A stretch of 63,845 nt of DNA, counting the filler, from Octopus bimaculoides (taxonomy: Eukaryota), in NCBI RefSeq assembly GCF_001194135.2. It is 6 parts of 4 records of this genome, joined end to end, with 100 filler letters (N's around TTAATTAATTAA, not from the genome) between each part and the next. Parts side by side here need not be neighbours in the genome. Positions count along the whole stretch, not along the records: positions 1 to 19,428 come from NC_068981.1; positions 19,529 to 50,453 come from NC_068992.1; 4 more parts are not named here. One strand, written 5' to 3'. Shown here piece after piece: positions 13,131 through 26,378 of the stretch. The translations under genes and the position numbers were made by a program. Numbering within the stretch: position 1 is the first letter of the stretch; the number at the start of each line of letters is the position of its first letter. The notes beneath the pieces are model-generated. The model made no database searches, had not been told where the DNA came from, and saw only the letters and a program-made list of their open reading frames with translations.

Positions 13131-13369
13131 CTGCCATCATTTCGAGACCTCACACCGTGCACCTATTCAAACAACGTCCATTTGATGCATGGAGTGAGCT
13201 AATGTACAAACACATGCAGTTAATTACTATAAATAAATGATTTTGAAGTTTGTTTAGCAAAGAACCGCCTTTCTCGGACTACGTGATGCGAAATCTGATC
13301 AAAACGTATCGTGACTAAGTGCTATAAAAAGAAAACACATAACCAATTCGATATTTAATCTCCTATGAA

Positions 13370-13790
13370 GTAGCTCTCTTCTGAAGCCGAACAATGCCGT
13401 TTCCGTTGATGGTAGCATTTAAAAAAATCCACTTTTGAGATAGCGAACAGTTGATTCGTCGCATTCTCTTGGATTTTCTCGGCGTCTTGAAATCTTGTTG
13501 GTGTTTTCCACTACGAAGGCTGAGCCTCGGTTTCAGGGTCATAGCCATAGACCCACGATTAGTCACCTGTTTTGACCGATTTCAAAAAGTAATGCCGAAA
13601 TCCTATCTACTTTTTGAGACAACCACACTCTATGCACTTTACTTCAAAGCACTGCTATAAAAGAACGGGTGTGAGCGAGAACGTTATAACCACGTGCGCA
13701 TGTGCAACGGAATTCAAGGTCAATCTGTTCCAAGGCGATTCACTCTGCGTACTTTACTTCCGTTGCCATCACAACAGTCCCGATATTTTT
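13370..13790 (-). mobile_element. mariner transposase remnant
   Basis: Minus frame GD*SWVYGYDPETEAQPS*WKT matches the mariner TGDESWVYGYDPETKxQSxxW motif. Confidence 0.8.
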
Positions 13791-14002
13791 GATTAGATCT
13801 CGTCTATGTATGTATTGATGTTTGCTTTCACATCGAATGACAATACAAACAATTTAATGGTAAGCTGAAGGATTATTTAATACATTTTTCTGTAGTAAAT
13901 ATGTATTATACACTTACAAGAATATTAGTGACAGTGCTTTCCAAGTTTCGGGTTGCTAAAATCTTGAACTTTGAAGTCACTCTCATTATTATCTTGTAAA
14001 TG

Positions 14003-14041
<39 letters not shown>

Positions 14042-15182
14042 NNNNNNNNNNNNNNNNNNNNNNNNNNNNNNNNNNNNNNNNNNNNNNNNNNNNNNNNNNN
14101 NNNNNNNNNNNNNNNNNNNNNNNNNNNNNNNNNNNNNNNNNNNNNNNNNNNNNNNNNNNNNNNNNNNNNNNNNNNNNNNNNNNNNNNNNNNNNNNNNNNN
14201 NNNNNNNNNNNNNNNNNNNNNNNNNNNNNNNNNNNNNNNNNNNNNNNNNNNNNNNNNNNNNNNNNNNNNNNNNNNNNNNNNNNNNNNNNNNNNNNNNNNN
14301 NNNNNNNNNNNNNNNNNNNNNNNNNNNNNNNNNNNNNNNNNNNNNNNNNNNNNNNNNNNNNNNNNNNNNNNNNNNNNNNNNNNNNNNNNNNNNNNNNNNN
14401 NNNNNNNNNNNNNNNNNNNNNNNNNNNNNNNNNNNNNNNNNNNNNNNNNNNNNNNNNNNNNNNATATACATAATACATACATACATTACATACATACATA
14501 CAGACTAGATATGTGGGTAGGAAATTCTGTCTGTGGGTGTGTTTGTGGAGTTCTTAGCTAACTACTCCTACATCGTTTTTATCGGTCTGGAAACCTCATG
14601 GCATACTCAGATTATTGAAAAATAGGGCCCCTGGAAGAGATTTTTATATATATCTAATATATTTCATTTTGACAGTCAAGGGAAATAACCCATTCGCCCT
14701 GATTTTAATTGCCTAGGGAAATAACCCATTCAATTTTCTTAATTCATTTGCTATAAATCAAACTGAGTATGCTTATTTCTTAGCATTTGAACTGTTAGAG
14801 TAATTTTCGCAATTTATCCAGTACAACCCTTAAGCAAGTAAATAGTATTTTCCTAAACAATAGAACCACTTATTTCGGTTAGTGACTTATTCACGAATAT
14901 ACCAACACCAGCGTCACTAAGGGTAATATTCTCTGGGAACGCACAAAAGCCCTTTTCAGAGTTATTTACTTTGAATTGTTATCTCATATCTGATTAGCCT
15001 GTTATTACGTAACATACTTCACGATTTTAGCATACATACCTTATTAGTACTTTCTCCTAAGTTCTATATTCTCTGGGAACGCATTAAAGCCCTTTTCAGG
15101 GCCACATACTTTGTATTCTTGAGAACAGAACCAAGGGATAAGTCCCACTTTCCCGGTAATTACCGGGTATGTCAGCTAGTAT

Positions 15183-15246
<64 letters not shown>

Positions 15247-15262
15247 CTATCTATAAGTGTAC

Positions 15263-15298
<36 letters not shown>

Positions 15299-16030
15299 CG
15301 TAATATAATAGGGGTCAAATATAAAGTATCTATTAAGTATTGTAAACATCTAAAATAGAAACCGGTGCACTGGGTAGACTGAATAAATATCTTTATTATA
15401 TCACAATTTGATATTCTACTCAGGATTTCATACCACACTAGGTTGCTGAAGAATGTCGTGAACAGTCTATCCCGGTGGGTAACTCTGAAATACCTCTCCA
15501 ACGTTGACATAATAAACATATATCCACTCTATATAGTGAATTCAGATTTACATCAGATAATGTTCGAACTACTTAGAATGTATACTTGATAATTTATAAC
15601 TCCTTTATCATGAGGTGTGTGTGTATGCGTGTGTTTGTGAGTGCAAGTGTTTCAGAGATGCATTCAGTGACTTTATGTGAAACGTGAATTGAAATTTAAA
15701 CAATTACAGAATGGAAGATATACATTACTCATTCAGAAGCATAATAGCTGCTAATTTCGCTTAATGATTTATTATTTGGTGTCTAAATTTTTCGTCGTGT
15801 TATCTGCGACCTGCTTGCTGATACACTTCGACTGTAACCAAGAACAGTGTCGGTGAAGAGACTGCAGATAGGACACTGAAAATTTTGACACCAAATAAGT
15901 AAATGTGACGGTTTTTGTAACAATCTGTTCAGATTTTCACATTAGTTTACGACTGTCCTGATCAACCTTGCCGGGGTGAAACTCTGAGTAGACTTTCGAT
16001 ACGTGTGTGAGTGCACGTAAGGGCGTGCTG

Positions 16031-16078
<48 letters not shown>

Positions 16079-16142
16079 GATCCACAATTTTTAGTTTAAA
16101 TGTGCATCATTAAAATTTTATGTCTCTCTCTTCCTTTACATT

Positions 16143-16203
<61 letters not shown>

Positions 16204-18316
16204 CTCTCTCTCTCACTCTTTGTTTTTCCGTCATGCTACCTTTTAATGTATCACATTCCGCATGGATGAATGTGTTATTATTTATGCAGCAATGTGTATT
16301 TATAAATCTAAGCGCTATGTGTGTCTTGTTCAGTGTATTCAACTCAATCATTTTTTTCATGTATAACTTTCGGCGTACACATGTGAGCATCTGTGTGTAG
16401 GGGTGCAAGTGCATTTGAATATATGTATATCTTCAAGAACACATAACAGTACTAAAGAAAAGAAATGTTTTCTGTTGAGATCCTACATCTGCTTGGAAAG
16501 TATTTTAACTTTAGTGAATCAAAATCGATGGGAATAAAGTAGTAACTAATACTGCATCATTAATCTCATCTTACTTCGTTTCGTGCCTTAAATTACTAAA
16601 TATACACAACAATTTTCCTCTATTATTTCCAACGAAAAGAAAATAATAAATAATTTGATAATAAACAAAATTTCGCAAACTTCTCTCGGCTCAATGTCAA
16701 AAGAGAAACACACTAATGCCTAAGCGTATGAAATATAATAGCAGCACCTTTAAGTGAGAGCTCTTAATGATGTTAGGAAAGCAAACCAATATCAAATGAT
16801 ACCATTGTTTCAAAATCAATTTATGGTGCTAAAGTTTTTAAATAGTGTGCTCAAACGAATAGCCAGAGGTGGAAATATTCTTGGATTTGAACACATTTCA
16901 TTCATCAGTCAGAATCTGTTCCAATTCACCTATACTTCTAATATCCTTTACAATGTTAGAAGTATAGGTCAACATTGTGTATTCTCGCTTCTGAATATCA
17001 GAACTTTGATCACTCAACAAAAAGAAATCGATTGTTTTTAACTTGTTTTTGCTTTGTTCGTTTCTTTTTGAATGCATCATATATTTACTTCATGTATTAC
17101 ATTCTCCGGTGGGATGCTTTAAGAAGAGACAGCGTCGCTATTCATAAAGTGTATTATTCCTAGTATAACTAAAATTTTGACGGAGACTCGAAAACAACGA
17201 TGCGATCCTACAATACAAGCATTATTGTGTTGTAGGTGCACAGCTAGTTTAACAAGGCCACAAAGTGTTATCGACCTCTCAACTAATCCCAATGTCATTC
17301 TTGTATTGTAAACTGTCGAATCGTTTATCTGTAGCATTCAATGTCATCACATCCAATTACTTCTATGAACTAAAAATTAACTACCTATCTAATAACAAAT
17401 CACTATGAAGTAATTGCCCATGCTAAGGATAATGGTGTTGGTTTTAATGTCATTCTTCTTTTTATAGAAAACTAATCTTCCATTTGTTTTCTTATGCCAA
17501 AAATATTCTAGACGACCAATCACTGTAAGCTTCCAACGAACGATTTCTAATTATATTGTCCCGCAGAAATGATTCTTTCAGCCATTTCGGTCATAAATTT
17601 AGTAAGAGAATTTTTACTTTCCCGAATACTATTTTCAAGAATATTCTTCCATGTTTCCGGAAATAATTGAATTCTATGGTATTAATTTTTCGTTAGGAAG
17701 TCTTTCTGTTTTTCAATAATCCAACGACTGATACGAAAATGGTTTCCCATTAACTAGTGGTTTAAATTGGAAATCATAACTGCTGTTTTACACGATACGC
17801 AAAAACACGTACACGCATAAAATCAGTGACAAAGGAAGAGGAAATTATGCAATGAAATTCATTAGCTTACAGATGTTTCTGCTATGAGATGCAGTGTACT
17901 CAGAACCGAGTGCTTATGCTTCACCGTTTAGCTTCCCCAGAGATTCTAAAATGAAATCCAACTATGTATATGTGTGTGTGTGTGTATATATATATATATG
18001 TATGTACATGTGTTCATATATGTATGTATATGTGTGTGTGTGNNNNNNNNNNNNNNNNNNNNNNNNNNNNNNNNNNNNNNNNNNNNNNNNNNNNNNNNNN
18101 NNNNNNNNNNNNNNNNNNNNNNNNNNNNNNNNNNNNNNNNNNNNNNNNNNNNNNNNNNNNNNNNNNNNNNNNNNNNNNNNNNNNNNNNNNNNNNNNNNNN
18201 NNNNNNNNNNNNNNNNNNNNNNNNNNNNNNNNNNNNNNNNNNNNNNNNNNNNNNNNNNNNNNNNNNNNNNNNNNNNNNNNNNNNNNNNNNNNNNNNNNNN
18301 NNNNNNNNNNNNNNNN

Positions 18317-18394
<78 letters not shown>

Positions 18395-19472
18395 TTCTTT
18401 GCGTATTTATGCATAAATATGTGCATTTATATATTTATGTATGTAGGTATATTAAGTGAGTGCGTGTATATAATTATATGAAAAATTGAAAGACCACACT
18501 CTCATAAACACTTGCGCGTACATGTGTGTGCTCATGTACGTGCGTATATTTATATATATGTGTATATATATATTCTCTTGTTCTCGTTCATTATGTAGAT
18601 TACGATCGATTTGATAAATTGGAAAGAAATTATCTTGGAAAAAAAATCAATGCTAAATGTTTATTGCATGCTTTCCAGTAGAGAATTCAAAATGCATAAC
18701 GTCGAGAATACAATCGACATAAAAGAAATGAACCTAAAAATATCATCTGACACGAATGTAAAGGAAAAGAAAATCACTTCTAAGCATTATCAGTTGTTTC
18801 TGCTAACTACAGAGCATCATAACAGGCTTTTGCTTCAACCTCAAGTTTTCATATTTGAATTTTACAGGAAATTTCTCAAGTTTTTCTTTATTAAATAACT
18901 CACAGGCTCCAAACACATGCGACTCTTTCTATCTTTGTATCTATCTCCCCCTCTCATTCTTCCTTCTACTGTTCTTCGCCTCTCCCTGTCACTACTATCT
19001 CTCCCCCTCTTTATCTCTCGTTGCTCACTTATATTCTACTTCCTCTCCTGTTTCTCCCTCTACCACTCTTTCTCCCTACCCCTCGCTGGTCACATGTGTC
19101 CAGCTACTAATTCTTTTCATTCTTGGCCTCGTCAAGCACATACGAACATTCTTCTTCGTCCCGTTTCCTTCCAGTTCGTACTTCACAGCGTTCAATATAC
19201 ACATATTTTTCCACGTCTGGCAGTATAGCCTTTTTTGTTTGTTTATTTCACCGTTTCGTTTTCCTGTCTTGATTTCCGTCCGCCATTATCCTCCATGGAA
19301 CAAATTTAATTTGTGTCCGTGGGAAGAGCCATTTTAACGATGCGCCCTGCCCTAACACTTCGAAACCCCAGTGTTATAATGGTGGCAGCTGATGAAGGAT
19401 ATGTTCTCTATGTGGCCTGCGTGCTTTTNNNNNNNNNNNNNNNNNNNNNNNNNNNNNNNNNNNNNNNNNNNN

Positions 19473-19484
19473 TTAATTAATTAA
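19473..19484. other. Assembly spacer TTAATTAATTAA inside N runs (also 50498, 53321, 59141, 61606)
   Basis: The identical 12-mer, with stops in all six frames, sits centred in N runs five times, so it is a scaffolding linker. Confidence 0.95.
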
Positions 19485-19528
19485 NNNNNNNNNNNNNNNN
19501 NNNNNNNNNNNNNNNNNNNNNNNNNNNN

Positions 19529-20137
19529 TGCCATGCGTTTTTCAGGTACAGCATTAGCAGCCACAAACGTAAGGAATCTTGACCAGTAATCAGGCCATAG
19601 TTCTGTCGTTGAATCAAATGCAGCAAATGGTGGAATCGACACCGTTGTCGAAGCAGCTGAAAAATAGCCACTAGGATCGCCTTCAACTTGTCGAGCACCA
19701 AACAGTTTTAACAGAGTATCCGTATCTCTCTTATGTTGTTGCATTTGCTTGTCCATTTGTTCCCTAAACAATTTAATAAGTTGTACAGTCTGTTTTTCAG
19801 CCATTGTTATTACGATGAATAATTTTACGGTAAAGTAAGCATGTAATCCTATCAGACCTATCGGCGACGCCAATAGACTCTGTTGTATTTCCCTCGGGTG
19901 ACTTACAGAGATAACACAACGAGTTGTACAATTTAACTATTACATTTATTATTCAATTACATACAAAGAACGCACTCACCCAATGTTCGTTGTGTTAATA
20001 AACAAAAGTCATGTCTGCCATATATATCAATGACATTTTACTACACCAGTCACAGAAGACAACAACAATGAAACAATGAACTCCCACAGTGACACACGGA
20101 ACTCAGACGAATTACATATCTAACAGTCCATATAACA
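19529..20137 (-). mobile_element. Gypsy-type LTR retrotransposon 5' end: LTR (19881-20137), PBS (19857-19872), gag start (ATG 19804)
   Basis: 257-bp segment with TGTT..AACA termini; PBS-like TGGCGTCGCCGATAGG 8 nt inside; ORF MAEKQ..FDSTTELWPDYWSRFLTFVAANAVP typical of K02A2.6-like gag; truncated by a gap. Confidence 0.85.
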
Positions 20138-20459
20138 TGTATATTATATATATGTATGTATGTATATATGCTTGTATATATGTGAGATAATAGTTTTACT
20201 TTAATAGTTTCAGTATTAAAGTGAACATATCTGACATTTCAATAGAGAGATGTTATTGTTTCACTTTTGACACGTAATACTGAAATAGTGGAGGAGATAT
20301 GATATTGCTCTGGGCTCGCACTAGGCAAGACGTTTAGAAATTTTTTTGGCCTATGACACTACATGGACCTTAAGTAAGGCATGTGTAAAATTTGAATTTG
20401 AATGAAATTGATTGTATAGTTCTCAAGTTTTAGGGATTCACACAGACACACATTCTCAT

Positions 20460-20493
<34 letters not shown>

Positions 20494-22388
20494 GGTGGGC
20501 TTCTTTCAGTTTCCGTCAACTAAATCCACTCACAAGGCTTTGGTCGGCCCGTAAAAATGCACACTCCATTAGGATTCAGATACATAATGTCAACAATATT
20601 TAAGAATTTTAATATGTGCTCCTCATTTTGGAGATGGTTAGTTGAGAAGCTTGTGAAGGAAAAAAAGGGGTGAATTTAGTTACTTCTTTGTTGGAGAAGT
20701 ACAGTATACATCGCTATAATCAGCTCTACAGCAGTGGTTTATCGAGTCGAGAAAATATCGAAGACGTAAATCAGTGTTTCGCCTTCATCAATAAATATGG
20801 TACACGGACAAGGAGGTACGGACGTTGACAAAAGAAACACAGATTGGCAAAAAGACATAGAGAAATAAATAACTAATGATGATGATGATAATTATAAAGG
20901 AAGAGACGACTGTACTTGAATGTTCCACAGTATATTACTGGTACTTTTATGGAAGCTTCTCTGGAGGAATTAGAACTCAGAATGTAATAGGTTGAAAGTG
21001 AATATTGTTAAGTATATAGCCTTGATAACTCATCCATCACCCACACATCTTAAGTAAACAAGTGAATGTGATTAGGTGACATTCATGCTTTTTCTTTTAA
21101 GGGAAGTAACTAACAAGCGAACAAACCGACAAATAAAACGTGAAAAAGGAGTTCACATGGGAAACAGTATTTTTGTCTTTGTGTGTGTGTGTATATATAG
21201 CGAGATAGATAGATAGATAGATAGACACAAACATCGTTGAAGGAGGATAATGATTGTGTGGAGGTGTGTATATGAGAGGTTGTTAGGCATGTTTTTACTT
21301 TTAACTGCAAAAATGAAAATGGTGTAATCGAGAACAAGAAACAAGTTCATCTTCAGCTTTCATACCTACGAAGAAATGATTAGAGAATCTACTTTTCGAT
21401 TTCTTATGAAACGTCATCCTTAATTAGGAAGACATCTGCAAAATATAAACCCAATATCTTAAACTATATAAATATACGCGAATGTAGGAGTCTATGCACT
21501 CCTGTACATGAGTATATATTACTATAAATTCTTTTTTATATTAATATCAGCAGATATTAATAGCTTTTTATACTCGCACTACAAAACACGACTATATACC
21601 AAAGGCAGGGGATTTTTTGTGTATCTTATATGATTTTTTATATGTAATAGTACTGAAATCGTCTACAGGCGTTTCTGTATGACATATATATAGTGTATTG
21701 AATAGATAGAGACAGGGAAAATGTGTGATCTGTGTTACGGAATCTCAAACTTGCACTTTGGCTACAAACAATGATATAATACAAATAATTACCGTGGAAT
21801 TCTCTTGTTCGCTCATGTTCGTTCTTTAAGCTACGCACACACATACATACATGTGTATATATATGTGTGTGTGTATGTATATATATGTATTTATGAATAT
21901 CCGTCGTTGGTTTTAAATAAATTAATTGGAATTTACTGAGCCATAAACAGTTCAGAACCTCTGTGGAACTCTCCTGTCAACAAGGGAGATAATGCTTGCT
22001 GCTTCTGGATTTCAAGAATTTTAAATATTGTGTGTATGTGTGTCATTTAATTGTGATAATTAATTATGAGTGTTGCTGAATTGTGTGTCATAGATTATTA
22101 CTTAGTAACGTGGAGATGATGTATTTTAAACAACGAGAAATTCATGGCTTGAAATTTAAACAGCAAGAAATTCATGCCTGTCAGTTGCATGAATTAATTT
22201 ATCTCCCTTCAATGAATATTTTAGATTTAGAGTTGATTTGCACAGACCAAAAATTAATGCTTTTATCTCATTGCATTGATGTGCTGTGTCTATAGTCCAG
22301 CTCATTTTACTTTGCATAGTTCTGACCACTTATCTGTAAATAAATACCTACTTTAATGCAACAAGATAGACACATAAATACACATAAA

Positions 22389-22453
22389 TCACTGTTTCTT
22401 AACCAACTTTTCTGCACTTCCCTCCTTGACCAGTTCACCATCCTGGTTTTTCC
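22389..22453 (-). CDS. Candidate terminal coding exon of an unidentified gene ((G)KNQDGELVKEGSAEKLVKKQ*)
   Basis: Acceptor tttttttatcatatgtag; GNN-rich codons; phase fits the 25050-25144 segment; no family recognised. Confidence 0.35.
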
Positions 22454-23239
22454 CTACATATGATAAAAAAATTGTCCTGTCTACAATGAATCGTTGTAGA
22501 GAATTCATCGGATTGAATTATCTGCTTCATATTAATTTAACATTAAACAACCTTAAAATCAACAAAGAAAATAAATCTAGCAAAAATGGCGTGAATTGTA
22601 ATAATGAATTTTTCAACTAAAACACAATTTCATCATTAGAATCCCTAAATTTTCTACTCAAGTCAAGAAATTTCTTACTAGAGGAAATCTCCCCAGAATT
22701 GCAGACTTACACAAACTTGTGCAAAGATGTTTTAGAGCAATCTAACTTATTAAATTTGAGTATCTTACAACAAACCTTTCAAAGTAGTTGGTATTAACAG
22801 CTCAGTAAAATAAAAGGTGATTGCATAACATAATGGTTCTTTAACTTTGAGTTAGTCAAGGTAAGCATCCACAAGAATAAACTTTTAAGGATTATCTCAA
22901 AAAAGTATTGGAATTAGTTGATTCCCCCACCCACAAAAGACTGAGAGTCTTTTTTACAAATTTGATGACATATAAGGCCCATAGATATATATTTTACAAA
23001 TTAGATGGCATATAAGGCCCATAGGTATATAAGACTTAAATCCAAGTTCATCAAGAAATACTAAGAGAGAATTTTTAGTTATTTTAATTTTTGTTGTAAT
23101 ATGTAGCTACAGCAGAAAAAAAATCTTGGACAAAATGTCTGGCAACAACAAGAAAATCTTTTTTTATTATGATACTACATTTTTTGTCTCATTTTTCTTT
23201 TATTTTTGTAAATTGAACCCAAACACCTAAAAGCAAACA

Positions 23240-23570
23240 TTACATCAAATGTAGGTCAATTTAAGGGTGGACTTAGCCAGTGCAAAATTGCACAAATCCT
23301 TGGGATTCCTTTAGCCAGAGTCAACAGAGTGATTGTACAATTGAACAGCAGAGGAAAAGAATCAATAGCATCCTGCTCAGGGCAACCTGGACCGTCCAAA
23401 AGGTGTCTTTGGGGCTGCCAAGCAGATTGCAGAAAATAATCCTTGTTGTAAGACAGCTAATGCTGCAGAGCAACTCCCAATGAGTCGAAGTACTTCTGTG
23501 AGGTATTTCCATCAACTTGGCTACTATGGCAGAGCTGCCAGCAGGAAACATCTTAACATGTATCTGAAAG
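23240..23570 (+). mobile_element. Tc1-like transposase N-terminal (HTH) remnant
   Basis: [59 protein letters not shown]. Confidence 0.75.
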
Positions 23571-23619
23571 TGTGTGTGTGTGTGTGTGTACAGACACGAC
23601 CAAATGTTTTTTTTTTCTT

Positions 23620-23915
23620 TTTTATTTGTTTCAATCATTGAACTGTGGCCATACTGGGGCACCGTTTTCAAGGGTTTAGTTGTACAAATCAACTCCATTA
23701 CTTCTTTTGTTAAAGTCTGTCACTTTTTCTATTGATTTCTTTTGCTGAAACTGCTGTATGTGTGTGTGTGTGCGCCTCCTGAGTTTGAATCCCATCAAAG
23801 TCAACTTTGTTTTTCAACCTCCCAGGGTTGAGAGAATAAAGTACTTGTAAATACTGAATTGATTTCATCCCCTCACCTCCTTCCCCTTGAAATTTTAATT
23901 TTGTGTCTAAATTAG
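23620..23915. mobile_element. Adjacent SINE family B (-) and family C (+) fragments
   Basis: Similarity to other copies of each family in the window. Confidence 0.6.
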
Positions 23916-24059
23916 AAACTGTATTTCATGTTGTCTTTCTATGGCTAGGGTCTGAATCTTGCCATGATCTAATTTGTTGCTTTTCTATCAGCAAATTACA
24001 CAGCAAATGAGTGTTAAAGTCAAATCCATCCACCATATATATATCCTTTCATTCTTTAC

Positions 24060-24545
24060 ATTAATGTAAGAGATCAGATGTAGTGTGCGAGAGAGAAGAC
24101 TGTGCTGGTATGGTGTTGTAATGCACATAGACAAAGACAGGTGGGTAAAGAAGTGCCAATCTCTAACTGTGGAGGGAACCTGTAAAAGAGGTAGAACCAG
24201 GAAGATGTAGGACAAGGTGGTGAAATATGGTTTATGGATGTTGAAACTCATGGAGGCAATGGTAAGTGACTGAAACTTTTGGTGATTTGCAGTGCTTGAG
24301 AAGACATGTCATGCTAAGTGAAATTGTAGTCATTGCCAGTGCTGGTGACACATGAAAGGTACTTGTACTAATGACACCTTAAAGGCACCTGTGCCAGTGA
24401 CAAGAAAATATATACCCAGTACATCAGGCCATTGAAATCAAGCCAAAACCGACTGGTACCTGGTGCAGCTCACCAGCTTACCATTTCCAATCAGTCTAAC
24501 CCATATCAGCATGAAAACGGACGCTAAATGACGATGATGATAATT
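24060..24545 (+). mobile_element. RTE-like LINE 3' end plus 3' UTR ending in (GAT)n
   Basis: RRLCWYGVVM..VKKCQSLTVEGTCKRGRTRK matches RRLRWYGHVxR..GRGRPRK; tail CAGCATGAAAACGGACGCTAAATGACGATGATGAT. Confidence 0.75.
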
Positions 24546-25049
24546 CTCAGCATATCGTCACCCTCATCTCCACCCTCGTCATCATTACGATTTTCAGAAG
24601 CTGCTGGAACAATACATGGCAGCTTCTATAGTTTCTAACACTAAACCTCCATATTATGTACCCTTAGATAAATGTCGACATTATATACCTTCAACTAAGC
24701 AACAACACTAAATACCTTCAACACTGTTCACTCTCAGACCATAGCTAAATCTCAACATTATATATCCTCAACGTTATATACTCTCAATTAAACCTCAACA
24801 ATGTAAGCCTCTCGTTCTTGATATCTGCGTCAAACATCATTCTCACCGTATTGTCATTCTTATATACACCTTTGTTATCTTCTCCGTTATCTCTATTATT
24901 CCCAGAAGCAGCTAGAATAATACGTAGCAACTCCTATAGTTTCCAACACTAAAACTTCCACCAACATTAATTCTCCAAATACCGGACTTTCAGAGTGACG
25001 TCCCTTGCTACTTCAAATTAAAACCTTCAGCTGTTGTTCTTTCATATAC

Positions 25050-25144
25050 CTTGTCTATACATATTCTCTAGAATCATCGATAATTCTTCACCTACCCTCA
25101 AAAAATTCCTTTCATAATCTAAGTGATTGAAATCTATAAATTCC
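25050..25144 (-). CDS. Candidate internal coding exon (EFIDFNHLDYERNFLRVGEELSMILENMYRQ)
   Basis: Acceptor ttatctgttccag, donor AAG|GTATAT, 95 nt open with protein-like codon use; product not recognised. Confidence 0.4.
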
Positions 25145-25192
25145 CTGGAACAGATAAATGTCTTTAATATTGTTGTGAGTCTGTGATATATT

Positions 25193-25513
25193 ATGGGACG
25201 TTCACGTCACCTTTTCAAGAGCCATTTTGTACGGCGTGGTCTCCCGTTCCTCACTTTAATCGTGGGTGGTTCCTTTTTACTTAAAGAATATGCAACTTTG
25301 AGGTATCAGTTTAGGAAATCGGAAATTACAACTGCTAAAGAAATCGCCGAAAAAACAGGAATTAAAGCTAAAGAAGAACCAGTAACACTTGAGAACATCT
25401 ACGACGAAATGAAAAAGGAAGATATTGATACTTGGGTGAACATTCGAGGGCCTCGACCTTGGGAAGATTCGAAAACAGTACAAGATCTACAAAGGGAAAA
25501 GGCCAGTTCTTGA
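25193..25513 (+). CDS. COX16: Cytochrome c oxidase assembly protein COX16 homolog, 106 aa, single coding exon
   Basis: G-L/V-P-x-L-x-L-IVGGSF TM segment (RRGLPFLTLIVGGSFLLKEYATLRY) and conserved W-x-NIRGPRPWED motif; intact ATG to TGA; typical length. Confidence 0.95.
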   Translation: MGRSRHLFKSHFVRRGLPFLTLIVGGSFLLKEYATLRYQFRKSEITTAKEIAEKTGIKAKEEPVTLENIYDEMKKEDIDTWVNIRGPRPWEDSKTVQDLQREKASS

Positions 25514-26378
25514 AGGTAACGGTTTGATAATTGCAGAAGCGTGAGTTTTACCTCGTCATAGAAGTTTGTCAAATGTATGAACAAATTAATTTTGTTTATA
25601 TATCAATTTAAAAGCAAATTACTTATTTTAAACTGTAGTTATAGTGTCTAAAATAATGGGGTTTCTATTGTTTTAAATAATATACAAGCAAAAATAATAG
25701 TTAATTTCTAACTTTGGTTAACATTATCCCTAACTTTTAATATAAAGCAGAAAATTTGTTAGTGGGGGGGGGAGGCTTCTTGATTAATTAAATTTAATTA
25801 GTATATTTACCGGCTTTTAATGGAAGAAATGAAAGTTGAAGTCACATTTGGTGAAAATGAATGAATGACGAACGGCAAGGTAAACCGTTATTAATATTTA
25901 ACGACTTCTTTATTAGTTGAATAAAACATAACTAATTATGTTTTGAAATATCGAAGTATGTAGTTTGGTGAATTGAAAACACAATATTTATGTCCTTTAT
26001 TAAATTAACACCGGAGACTTTAAAATAGAGATAAAACCAAACCTTTGTCTCTTGTTATTTTTGTTAACTGTAACTACTGTCACTATTTTAAATATAAAGT
26101 ACACTTCTGTCGTGATTTAGACACCTTTATTACCGCTGAACCGCATTTTAAATGTCTAAACTACAATTGAGTTGTTACTTAGACACTAAAGCATACATGA
26201 GCTGTTTTCGTACATTTAGACACACATTAATCATATTTTACATACCTATAGACGGTTAATATCTAGATCCAAACACCTAAACGACAACACGTGTGTCGTA
26301 ATTTAGATAGCTATTATACAAGTAAGCTGGGTTGCTGTGAAAGAGGAAATGTAATATGAATCAGTTACATATATAATA

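Noticed and set aside
19355-19400. CTGATGA with nearby GAAA as a hammerhead (also TTGATGAAGGCGAAAC at ~20777, minus)
   Set aside because: I could not build the three stems around the core.
19473-19484. Recurrent TTAATTAATTAA palindrome as a biological motif
   Set aside because: It is always centred in N runs, so it is an assembly linker.
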